Positions 55,196 to 64,000 of a DNA stretch of 64,000 nt are shown here, piece by piece. The notes below the pieces were generated by a model. It was not told the DNA's origin. It worked only from the letters and a program-made list of their open reading frames with translations, and ran no database searches. The stretch is taken from the sequence record MK568540.2. The stretch is one strand, 5' to 3'. How positions within the stretch are numbered: position 1 is the first letter of the stretch; the number at the start of each line of letters is the position of its first letter. A program made the translations under genes and the position numbers.

Positions 55196-56730
55196 TTAAC
55201 TCGTCTCCAAATGTAAACTGGGTAGTATGGCATCATATTCTCATGCGGCTCATTACCACCAACTGCTTCGTTGTAATACATGTAATTATCACGATCAGTA
55301 GATTTCGAACCGGGATTATTACGCGAACCTGTTATACCGAATCTCCAGTAACTGACAGTATTATATTCATCACACGTATATGTTACACCATACGGGCTTC
55401 GATGAGTTTCGTAGCGAATACACCCCTCGCGTGAGCCTGTATATGCTTCACCCCAACCTGCGTGTTGGTGTTGTGGTAAATTACTCTCGTATAACTGAAC
55501 ACGGTCGATGTCACTGAACGAACCCGCTGCGTAATATCTGCGAGTGAACCCATCATCACCGATACCCTGCCCCATCATAGTCCGACCTGCTCTCATCTTA
55601 TACCATACGCCACCGAAAATCTCATTCGGGTCAACTGATGAAGTACAGTGAAAAATACTACCCACAGGGCGCCCTTCGAGACCGATCTTCGCGTCTAATT
55701 GGTTGTTTGGGAACATTTCTCTCTGCTCTCGCACAGTTGTGTAATATGTTCCACCATAGCTGCTCTGCTTTTGACGAGAAATGATGTTTGTGTAAATGTT
55801 GTCGCACTTCAAAACACCAGTAATTGTACCACCGTCTGGGCCCAATAGTGTATTCAAATCAACACCAAGTGCAGCACTTGTGGCTTTCGTTGAGTCGTTT
55901 ACATACGAGCTTGGTAGTTCAAAGAACCCGTGCTTAGTCGGTGTCGCTATTAGATTGTCAATTGTACCGGGAGTTATAGCATATTCATCTGAATCGCTTG
56001 CATTACGGTCATAGTTGTTCTGTGTTAATTTGAATGCACCACGCTTAGATGTCGTCGCTTTAACGTAATTAAGACCTTTAACTGTAATTGCAATCGAACC
56101 GTCTGATTTATACCCGTCTCGTTCTGCTACAGTACGAAGCACGCCCGTGTATGTTTCTGTCGCTTGAGCCCAAGGGTTTGGTATCTCTGCTTTAATTAAG
56201 TTCCACGTTCTAAGTGGAGAAATGAATCGATCAGGGTTATATGCTAAAGTTTCGCTTAGATTTGCAAACTCAGCAAAACCTTGTGATTCGTTTGTTGTGT
56301 CATCTGCTAGTGCATTACGAGTCGTCATCATTTCATTTAGACGGCGATATGACAGCAAACGACTTGCATCTGATGACGAATATGTTCTTGTCAAATCAGT
56401 ATTACGCAATTCTTGTAGATTACCTAACTGAGTACTGGTTGCTGGTGACACGAACTGATCAACCCCGTCTAGTGACGCTGGTGTGATTACAGTTAATAAG
56501 TCGTCAAGTGCATTAGCTTCTGTTTGAGTTGCGTACTCAACAATACCAGCCTCAGTCGTTGTCGCATACGGAAGTGACGGAAGTGGTGCTAATGCGCTAT
56601 CGTCAAATAGCTCCATTATACTCTGCACATCACCGCCTGACTCAAACGCTGAACCAGGCGATGTGAAGGGCTGTAGGTAAACATATTGCGCTGCATCACT
56701 AGCGTGCGTGAATATGTTTGTTCCTGACAT
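55192..56730 (-). CDS. second gp12-like short tail fibre
   Basis: Same architecture: H.SD.A.YV, AT...G...AT repeats, PVGSIF collar, LPQHQH, HENMMPY..VY.W.R. Confidence 0.8.
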   Translation of the reverse strand: MSGTNIFTHASDAAQYVYLQPFTSPGSAFESGGDVQSIMELFDDSALAPLPSLPYATTTEAGIVEYATQTEANALDDLLTVITPASLDGVDQFVSPATSTQLGNLQELRNTDLTRTYSSSDASRLLSYRRLNEMMTTRNALADDTTNESQGFAEFANLSETLAYNPDRFISPLRTWNLIKAEIPNPWAQATETYTGVLRTVAERDGYKSDGSIAITVKGLNYVKATTSKRGAFKLTQNNYDRNASDSDEYAITPGTIDNLIATPTKHGFFELPSSYVNDSTKATSAALGVDLNTLLGPDGGTITGVLKCDNIYTNIISRQKQSSYGGTYYTTVREQREMFPNNQLDAKIGLEGRPVGSIFHCTSSVDPNEIFGGVWYKMRAGRTMMGQGIGDDGFTRRYYAAGSFSDIDRVQLYESNLPQHQHAGWGEAYTGSREGCIRYETHRSPYGVTYTCDEYNTVSYWRFGITGSRNNPGSKSTDRDNYMYYNEAVGGNEPHENMMPYYPVYIWRRVK

Positions 56731-57416
56731 TATGCAATCCTTCTGTAATAATACACAGGGTCTGTGAATGTAGTTGAATCAGTGTGATATAATTCCCACT
56801 CGCCGTAACCAAGACTCGTCTGACCGTCTGATGTACCCGTGACAACGCTTTTCGCTTGAATCCCAGTTGGTGCCCCTAAAGGGTCTAGAATGTCTGCAAA
56901 CGTCGCTGTGTACGCTGTATTGTGCGGTCTTGAGCTTCGGTGCTTCAAAAGAAACGTATTTGATGGTGGTACATGATCTGTCGGAACCATGTCAAACAGA
57001 TCTGATTCTAGTAACGCAGTGAACACTTTCTCTGCAATATCGTTATCAGAATCGCCTACTTCTAGTTGAACAGGAACACCGTATAGCGTTATGTATTCAA
57101 CTCCCGATGTACCGTTGTACGTAATCGTTTCATTAAATTGATTTGTGTTGAATGGGTTCGAAGCGTCAGTTGAAGCAATGATTGTCCCTACTGGCATAAT
57201 TGCTGCCATAGCAAGCTGCATAATCGCAGCTTGCACGTTTGGGTCCCACGCACCGTCTTGAATCTCATCGACTGTCGAATCGCCCAATACCGCACCGCGG
57301 AAATTGAAGCGATCACCCGGGAATAATCCCGAGTCGCTAATCGCATCTTGATCGAAAACTTTCATGCGTGAGTCATTACTCCACACTTGTGACGCATGTC
57401 TTGCTTTAGTCGTCAT
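56730..57416 (-). CDS. 11: baseplate wedge subunit / tail pin
   Basis: LG...VDEIQ.G...PNVQ.AI, MPVGTII, GYG.W...Y.YRRIA; follows gene 10; start at MTTK. Confidence 0.88.
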   Translation of the reverse strand: MTTKARHASQVWSNDSRMKVFDQDAISDSGLFPGDRFNFRGAVLGDSTVDEIQDGAWDPNVQAAIMQLAMAAIMPVGTIIASTDASNPFNTNQFNETITYNGTSGVEYITLYGVPVQLEVGDSDNDIAEKVFTALLESDLFDMVPTDHVPPSNTFLLKHRSSRPHNTAYTATFADILDPLGAPTGIQAKSVVTGTSDGQTSLGYGEWELYHTDSTTFTDPVYYYRRIA

Positions 57417-59662
57417 TATGCAGTCCTTATCCAAGTGTATGCAGTGATATATGGCTGAGTTACGTCAACCGCCTGAGCCACCTGACCATGATTGACCTTG
57501 ATTGGCTCTTCTTTGTAGTAAGCTAGTGGCGTAGTGTTTTCAGGGTCGCCTAAACAACCATTCAAGTTAATGTCACCGCCTGAAGTAGCTGAACGTGCAA
57601 CTAAGCTGTATTGTTCTGTGATGTTGTTAATATCACGCGAAGAATCATTCGCGTAATCTGGGTTTGTTGTACTGATTAGCTCAGGGATATTCTCTTGAGT
57701 AAGAGTCACACCAATTGAACCACCCGTACCACCTGCTTGAACGATATTTTCATTGTTATTGTTTCGGTGGAACTTACCGTCGTCATTTGGGTTCCAACCC
57801 ACGACTGTACGCCCCTCTGCATATCGAACCCATGTACCAAAGCCCATGTAATCGGCTGGGTTATTCGGGTTGTTTGCATTTGTGTATACCGAACCAATAG
57901 GGAAGATACTTTCAAACAGTGATGTCAGCGTACCGCCCGGTGCAAACGTCTCAGGGTCTGGCAGAACTTCAGTTACTGCCGCTGATGGGTTTTGCGGGTC
58001 GGTGTACATGATCTTATTTGAGCGTCGTACGTCTGCCCAGTCGTCACGTGAAACGAAAATCTCACGGGTTCTTTGTTGCAAGTTATCGTCGCCGTCATCC
58101 CACGTAAGCAATGTACCTATCACGTTGTCATACCAACGAACTGTTACAATGTCGCTATCGATTAACGGGTCAGCGAAAACAATCGTATTCCAACGACCTT
58201 CCGAGTCTTGAATATAATCGTAATCATACTCACCGCCTGCTAGACTATCACCATTACCTGCTGTATTCGACTTGGTTAACTGAGAACCATTGACTAATAC
58301 TTCTAGTGTTTCGGTGTTAAACTGCGTATAATCAGGAAGACCGAAATCACTCAACGTGATTTGCATGTCAGGTACGAAATCTTTACGTACGATTTGTCCC
58401 GGTGATTCGTCTACCGCGTAGTTGTTTTGGTCGATTACTTTAATTGATTTTAAAACGTAGCTACTACGGAAGCTCGACACGTCACTCAAGTATGTAATAA
58501 ACGCAATTGGGTCAGCGTCATTTGCAGCCAAACGCAAACGAATCGTTCTACCGTCAAGCGGAGCTAGATCATCGTTTGTCAACTGTCTCCAACGAGAATC
58601 AGCCGTTAGATCTGTATATCCCGATGCTGATGTATGTGAAATCAAACATTCAAATGTCTGAGAGTAACCATTGTGGTCTTGAGTTACGATATCACCAACT
58701 GCATATGCAGTACTACCCGCGTGGTCTACATACTCTGGGAAATCTGCGAATTCAGCCCATTTAGACTCTTCCCATGCGCCGATGCTGTTGTGTTCTTCTA
58801 GACATTGCCAGATGCGGTCATCACGACCTGTAACAGCGTCACCTCGTACTAAATCACCAACGTGATATGTTTCTGGGTTGTTTGATACCCATGCTTCAAC
58901 AGTGTGAAGCGGGATTGAACCATAGTCGCTGAAGTCGCTAAGTTCGTCACCGAAGTATAACAAGTTACCACGACGATACACTTCTACCGCAGCTTGATTG
59001 TATAACCCGCCATTTAATTCAAGTGATACGTTGAAGTCACGCTGATCTTGTCGTGCGATGATTGCTCGACGTAGAACACTAGGGATGTCACCGAATGTCA
59101 AACCGTTTACGTATTTCTGTGCAACATATTCCCAATGACGTGGTGGGGTGAATACAAGCTCAAGATCTTGATATGCATTCCCGAATTCCGCGCCAGAACC
59201 TAAGTCGTTTTGAGTTGAACCTGCGACACGTTTTATCGAGTCTTTAGGGTCTGGGTATACTGTTACAAGCTGCTTAGACCATGTGCCTTTAACGTCACGT
59301 AAACGAATCGCTTTACCGTAGTCTGCTTCTTCAACACCACTCGGTAGATATACATCAACTGGACCCAGTGACGTATCGATAGTCCATGATTCACCAAAAC
59401 TTACGCGCAATTCAGGTCCCTGACCATCGCCGTTCTCGTCGAAATACAGTTCAGCGTTAGCAGGGTTGTACGATGTATCACCGTTTAGATATGTAGATGC
59501 AAATTTCCAATTGCGCCAAGCACCGGCAGCATATAATCTGCTACCGTCGCCTAATTGACTGTATATTTCGTCGAAGTTGTCACGGGTCTTAATGCCACCT
59601 ACTCTTAGGTAATCACCAGTACCGTCATCAACAATTTGTCCGACGTTGATCGTCTGTTTCAT
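57416..59662 (-). CDS. 10: baseplate wedge subunit / tail pin with inserted CBM-like repeats
   Basis: MKQ.INVG..VDDGTGDYLR.GG.K...NF.E.Y..LGDG; FPIGSVY...NP..MGFGTW. Confidence 0.95.
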   Translation of the reverse strand: MKQTINVGQIVDDGTGDYLRVGGIKTRDNFDEIYSQLGDGSRLYAAGAWRNWKFASTYLNGDTSYNPANAELYFDENGDGQGPELRVSFGESWTIDTSLGPVDVYLPSGVEEADYGKAIRLRDVKGTWSKQLVTVYPDPKDSIKRVAGSTQNDLGSGAEFGNAYQDLELVFTPPRHWEYVAQKYVNGLTFGDIPSVLRRAIIARQDQRDFNVSLELNGGLYNQAAVEVYRRGNLLYFGDELSDFSDYGSIPLHTVEAWVSNNPETYHVGDLVRGDAVTGRDDRIWQCLEEHNSIGAWEESKWAEFADFPEYVDHAGSTAYAVGDIVTQDHNGYSQTFECLISHTSASGYTDLTADSRWRQLTNDDLAPLDGRTIRLRLAANDADPIAFITYLSDVSSFRSSYVLKSIKVIDQNNYAVDESPGQIVRKDFVPDMQITLSDFGLPDYTQFNTETLEVLVNGSQLTKSNTAGNGDSLAGGEYDYDYIQDSEGRWNTIVFADPLIDSDIVTVRWYDNVIGTLLTWDDGDDNLQQRTREIFVSRDDWADVRRSNKIMYTDPQNPSAAVTEVLPDPETFAPGGTLTSLFESIFPIGSVYTNANNPNNPADYMGFGTWVRYAEGRTVVGWNPNDDGKFHRNNNNENIVQAGGTGGSIGVTLTQENIPELISTTNPDYANDSSRDINNITEQYSLVARSATSGGDINLNGCLGDPENTTPLAYYKEEPIKVNHGQVAQAVDVTQPYITAYTWIRTA

Positions 59663-59671
59663 TATTGTCCC

Positions 59672-60628
59672 TTACGATAGTCTGATTGTTTCGATAGATT
59701 TGATAGCAATTGAAACATTGTCGTCGTTTGATGTAATATCAAGAACGATGTTGCCAGCGTCAACTCGCGGTTCAATCAGAATCAAGTTACCAAAATCTTT
59801 GTCTGTATTGATTACTGAGTATTCATCAATATAAACGTCTGTTATGTTATTTAGCAGCAACAATTCCGATGACATGCGTCGAGTAACAGCACCACCCTGT
59901 AGAGGGTCGCTATTCTCTGCATAAACCATCAATTTACATGCTGCATACGATTGAATATCGAATAGCGGCATTGTAACTGTCACCGTGTCTGGAATTGAGT
60001 AAATCGTGTCATTAACTGGCGCACCGAAGTCACCGGCAATCGGGTTGATTTTGACACCCCACTGCGGCGTTCCTGCTAATCCCGTACCATCGTCAATGAC
60101 AGTGCAGATGATATGACATCGATTTGTACGAACAATTTGAGTTCCGTTAAGTTCTGGGGCACCTACAATAGCGTCTCCTGATGATGGTGCTAGTACAATC
60201 GGGTTTGTATCTAATGTTGCTGTTGTGTTCTGAAACTCTATTCGCTCACCACGTTTTGCCATCCCTGCTGTCGTGCCAATCTTAGGTAAATTCAAAGTCA
60301 TCGATGCACCGCCACCTAATGCTGACGTGTCGATGTCATATTTACCACCTGTTACGATTGATGTCAGTAAGTTTGTATTGTTCGGACCACCCGAACCGCC
60401 CGCAGTAGAACTCGGTGGAATTCTCTGCCAATAACCACCTGCATGAGGTCTAGGTGCGATGTCATTATATGCAGGGATATAGTTTTCACCTGCATCGGTT
60501 AGCTCAAAGTCTGCATTAATATGGTAAAACTCATCTGAGTTATCACGCAGCTTATTACCACCATTGTGAATTGTATCACCAGTACCGACCGAACCCGCCG
60601 TACCAGTTTCTAATCTATTACGTCCCAT
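59672..60628 (-). CDS. 9: baseplate wedge tail-fibre connector
   Basis: G..G...TGD....GG.KL..N....Y, PH.GGYWQ, YDIDTS; start at MGRNRL after GGAG. Confidence 0.88.
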   Translation of the reverse strand: MGRNRLETGTAGSVGTGDTIHNGGNKLRDNSDEFYHINADFELTDAGENYIPAYNDIAPRPHAGGYWQRIPPSSTAGGSGGPNNTNLLTSIVTGGKYDIDTSALGGGASMTLNLPKIGTTAGMAKRGERIEFQNTTATLDTNPIVLAPSSGDAIVGAPELNGTQIVRTNRCHIICTVIDDGTGLAGTPQWGVKINPIAGDFGAPVNDTIYSIPDTVTVTMPLFDIQSYAACKLMVYAENSDPLQGGAVTRRMSSELLLLNNITDVYIDEYSVINTDKDFGNLILIEPRVDAGNIVLDITSNDDNVSIAIKSIETIRLS

Positions 60629-60642
60629 TTCTTTCTCCAAGA

Positions 60643-60660
60643 AAGGCGCATATGCGCCTT
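60643..60660 (-). promoter_or_regulatory. palindrome upstream of the gene 9 RBS, downstream of a late promoter (AATAAATA 60676-60683)
   Basis: AAGGCGCA-TA-TGCGCCTT. Confidence 0.45.
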
Positions 60661-60681
60661 ATGAGTTATTTACTGTATTTA

Positions 60682-61713
60682 TTAGAAGTTGTAGATCAGA
60701 TTGAATTCTTCTACCTGGTCTAATGTTTTACGAATCGGCTGACGGTTTTCCATGTAGATAATTTGACCTGTTCCTGCTTGTATCTCATGCGGGTCGTATC
60801 TAACTTCAGTCGCTTTCGTGTCTTCGGTATCACCTTCTTGACGAATCAATAATGGGTTCTGAACAAGTGAAATCTGACGATACCCATTATTCCCGGGACC
60901 GAATAAGTGAATAAAGTCAGAGCCTGCTAATTTAGCTCGGAATCGTAACTGAACTGCACCTACGTTGAAAATAGTTTCGTCGTAGTTCTCGTTGAATACG
61001 ATATTCTGATCAAGACCCCACGCAACTCGATTTTCGATGATGTCGTTAGGGAACGGACAAACGATGTATTCTTTTGTCACGTTCGTTAAGACTTCATTCG
61101 GCGGGATAGTGTATAGATATTCCCATACGTAACCGTCACCTGTTTCAATCGCATTCCCTGTACCATGAGGGATATTCTCTTGGTTACCGGGTGACGACGG
61201 TGCATTCCATTCACCCCCAACTGCTACACAATCATTTTTATTTGTGACTGTTGATATTGAACATGTACCACGAATGTTTGTGTTATTCGGGTCAGTCTCT
61301 GGAATATCGACACATCGATAAACCATATAGCCGTTCAATGCGCTCGGGTGACTGTTGATTGACATCGTATTAACTGTCACGATATCGCCAAATGTGAAAC
61401 GAAGTGAATCGTTTAGGTCAGGGTCGCCCCAGTCCTTACGAGGAATAACAGGGCGAAGCTGTGATTTTGGAATCTTAATCAGACCTAGCGCACGCGCCCA
61501 AACGTCTGCTTTCCCATCTGGGCTATCGTTTGGGTAAGGTGGCGCGAAGTTTATTTCATCTTCGCGGTCTGACCAAGGCTCGTTACGACCGAACATAAGG
61601 TAAATTGTGTTCTTGTCGTCGTCATCACCTACGTTTTCGTAGAAGTTCATCAAGTTATTAACTCGATACTCTGTTGTGATTGTTGATCTGTAAATTTTTG
61701 CCACTTTATTCAC
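60682..61713 (-). CDS. 8: baseplate wedge subunit
   Basis: IYRS.IT...R..N..NFY..VGD..DKNTIY..FGR.EPW, GDGYVWEYLYTIPP, G..IYMENRQPI. Confidence 0.97.
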   Translation of the reverse strand: MNKVAKIYRSTITTEYRVNNLMNFYENVGDDDDKNTIYLMFGRNEPWSDREDEINFAPPYPNDSPDGKADVWARALGLIKIPKSQLRPVIPRKDWGDPDLNDSLRFTFGDIVTVNTMSINSHPSALNGYMVYRCVDIPETDPNNTNIRGTCSISTVTNKNDCVAVGGEWNAPSSPGNQENIPHGTGNAIETGDGYVWEYLYTIPPNEVLTNVTKEYIVCPFPNDIIENRVAWGLDQNIVFNENYDETIFNVGAVQLRFRAKLAGSDFIHLFGPGNNGYRQISLVQNPLLIRQEGDTEDTKATEVRYDPHEIQAGTGQIIYMENRQPIRKTLDQVEEFNLIYNF

Positions 61714-64000
61714 CTATTTGTTTTTGAGTCGGCGTTACTGGGTCATATGGGTTGCCAACGTTGTCTTTCAATCTGTAATCAGAATCTTCGTACATATCTG
61801 AAATACTCGTCGATGCTGCTGACCAGTCAAACATAAATGCAGGAGTTCGTTCGTATGCTGTCATTCCCCAATATACCGACCCGTTTGCGTCTGCTGATTG
61901 AACTTTCGCAGTTGGGTTGTAATTGGGATTCAGAACACGTTTCTTACCGCCCCATTCATCGTTGATATCACCCGTGTCTGTTTCTATATATCGTTGCTCG
62001 TCGATAGCTGAATACTCATCTAAAGCAATCACACGATCATTAGCCCAGTAGTTGTTGTAGTCGATGATTGTAATACCCTGTGTATTAGTCAATCGATCTT
62101 GAATCGCATGATCAAGCGGGTCTTCTAGTGCTAACGGGTGTGGCTTCAATTGAAGTTCACCGAACGAGTTGTAAATTCTATCGTCGTTACCATCAAGCAA
62201 TGAAGTTTCTTCAGTGAAGTTATTCCCTATACCGTTGTCATAGCGAATCAATCTGTATGAATCTACAATCGTTTCGTGGTGGTTGACTGAGATACCGTGA
62301 TTGATCAATACTGTCAGCAACGTAATACCTAAGAACCCAAACCCAATTGGGTGTACAAATCGAATTACATCATCTTTGTACTGACTAAGCTGAATCTCAG
62401 AACGAATCTTCATAACGTAGTATGATTTGCTTCGATCAAGAAATTCATTTGAATCGTAGTCGATTCGTTCACCTTGTACGCGAGTAATCGCAGTTGCAGT
62501 GAATTCCAGACCGTCGATTTCTAACGTGTCGCCGATGTTCAACTCACCGATTAAGTTGTTCAAAGTCAATTTCCAGTAACGTTTACCTTCAATGTAATGA
62601 CGGTCAACATATGTCACGTCTGCGTTGCCTGTCTCTGAATAAATTCTACGACCTACCACATCATCGGTTACGTCATTTGAGTTAACAACGATTGAATATT
62701 CAAACGTGTTAAGCGATTCTATTTCAACTTCAACATCTTCGTTGTACAGTAACTTGAACAAGAACTTGTATGAGTCTAAAATACCTTTAGTGCTGTAAAA
62801 ATCTGCACGTCGTGCCAAGAAAAATTTAACAACTGCATCACGTTTCTCTGGCTCTAGAATACGATTTCGCTCGTATACTAATTTGTGTAGATACTCAGTG
62901 TAATGGTCGTCAAGTGGGTTTTTGCTGTTAAGCAAGTTATACACGTTATTATAAGCCGTACCATCACCTTTACTGATGAAATCTAAGTAGTGCTTTGCAA
63001 AACTCTTGTAAAACCCGTCTGCATCGAGATAATTCTCTGGCATCATCTTGTAAATCAATGGTGTCAGAGTCGGGTCGAGCATACTTGTTGGGTCTTCTTC
63101 AGGCGGCTCGATAATTACTGGAGAATAATTAGACAAACTAGCCGTGATTACACGACGCTCAGGCGACCAGCGAATTGGCGCTGTGATATCAACGCGGTAT
63201 GGAAACTTGTAGTAACCTATTACCTTGTTGTCGTTCGCGCTGTGAATGATCGCACCTGCTGCATAACCATTAAACCCGAAAATCGATAGATTAGGAGCTT
63301 CCAGTTTGTATTCACCTTCGTCAAATGTCTCTTTCCATTTATATTCGTCTAGATCTTCAAAATCGCTTCTGAAAATTGACTCTTTCTTGTAGTACATGAT
63401 TTCATTTGCCCAAGATTTCCAATCACGTGTTTCAGCACGCTGCATCCAGTTGAAATGCGCGGATCCGTAATAATCTTGCGGCTTGTAGTACCAATCATCA
63501 CCGTCTTTCGTCGCGATAATCTGTGTCATCGGCTTAACGTATGTTGTAAAGAACGGTTTAGTGAACATACGAACAGCTTCGTCAACTTCATCGTTGTCTG
63601 AAACTAGATACGGGTCATCTATTGTACCGTAGTTATCACCCGCAGTTGAGTGGAAATTACCAGGTGCACCGCTAGACTCTTGACGATTGTCGTAAGCTGG
63701 GTTGCCTTCTTCACCGTAGTTCTTTGTTAGATCGTGACCTACAATCAAATGAGTGTTGTCACGTGAAATAACTGAACGTTCGTTTAGAAGTTCGCGTTCT
63801 TCTTCAATGTTTCCGTATACACGTTCCCATGTCAAGCCAGTGTAACCAATAACGATACCATCTCTCAATGTCGCTGTGCGATTTAGTCGATAAACACCGC
63901 GAATCTCATTCGGGTCAGATGTACCGATTCGTTTACCGTTCTCGTCATGCTCCCACTCACCTATGACTAGCGCGAACATATTTCCGTCTTGATAATCGAG
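61706..64000 (-). CDS. 7: baseplate wedge initiator, 3' part (frame open to window end)
   Basis: P.L.PLI.KM.P..YL, DFYS.KG...SYKFLFKLLYNE.V, RFVHP.GFGF.GITLLT, L.DNVGNP.DP..PTQ. Confidence 0.93.
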   Translation of the reverse strand, partial: LDYQDGNMFALVIGEWEHDENGKRIGTSDPNEIRGVYRLNRTATLRDGIVIGYTGLTWERVYGNIEEERELLNERSVISRDNTHLIVGHDLTKNYGEEGNPAYDNRQESSGAPGNFHSTAGDNYGTIDDPYLVSDNDEVDEAVRMFTKPFFTTYVKPMTQIIATKDGDDWYYKPQDYYGSAHFNWMQRAETRDWKSWANEIMYYKKESIFRSDFEDLDEYKWKETFDEGEYKLEAPNLSIFGFNGYAAGAIIHSANDNKVIGYYKFPYRVDITAPIRWSPERRVITASLSNYSPVIIEPPEEDPTSMLDPTLTPLIYKMMPENYLDADGFYKSFAKHYLDFISKGDGTAYNNVYNLLNSKNPLDDHYTEYLHKLVYERNRILEPEKRDAVVKFFLARRADFYSTKGILDSYKFLFKLLYNEDVEVEIESLNTFEYSIVVNSNDVTDDVVGRRIYSETGNADVTYVDRHYIEGKRYWKLTLNNLIGELNIGDTLEIDGLEFTATAITRVQGERIDYDSNEFLDRSKSYYVMKIRSEIQLSQYKDDVIRFVHPIGFGFLGITLLTVLINHGISVNHHETIVDSYRLIRYDNGIGNNFTEETSLLDGNDDRIYNSFGELQLKPHPLALEDPLDHAIQDRLTNTQGITIIDYNNYWANDRVIALDEYSAIDEQRYIETDTGDINDEWGGKKRVLNPNYNPTAKVQSADANGSVYWGMTAYERTPAFMFDWSAASTSISDMYEDSDYRLKDNVGNPYDPVTPTQKQIGE

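Noticed and set aside
53768-56730. Diversity-generating retroelement or invertase acting on the duplicated gp12 tips
   Set aside because: No reverse transcriptase or recombinase in the window, and the two 3' ends are diverged at the DNA level rather than differing only at adenines

Overview
This is a 64-kb segment of a large T4-like vibriophage genome, with KVP40-like (Schizotequatrovirus-type) gene order. All homology calls are from motifs recognised by eye; no database search was run. Bases 1-19.2 kb (minus strand) carry nucleotide metabolism and replication genes (td, dexA, dUTPase, 61, nrdG, nrdD, glutaredoxin, 41, 40, uvsX, ClpP-like, frd, 32, 59, 33, dsbA, rnh) mixed with small accessory genes. 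Bases 19.3-25.7 kb (plus) carry long tail fibre genes 34 and 35. Next come the uvsY/uvsW block, a 28.8-37.8 kb accessory region (Inh paralogues, probable head-packaged proteins, a foldon-bearing fibre, a CCA enzyme), and the minus-strand head/neck/tail/baseplate cluster (23, 22, 21, 68, 67, 20, 19, 18, 17, 16, 15, 14, 13, wac, two gp12-like fibres, 11, 10, 9, 8, partial 7). No tRNA, rRNA, CRISPR array, intron or integrase was seen. The best candidates for undescribed biology are: (i) an exact 66-bp non-coding element (hairpin plus TTAG at 9-nt period) present twice, 28 kb apart and inverted, possibly an origin; (ii) a hairpin-gated late operon encoding a PD-(D/E)XK-like nuclease, a UvsW.1::nucleotidyltransferase-like fusion and a 61.1-like protein; (iii) an early type IV prepilin mimic; (iv) late genes with prohead-protease/capsid-targeting signatures, including a HigB-like protein and a domain shared with phosphorothioation-associated proteins; (v) chitin-binding-like modules inserted in baseplate gp10.
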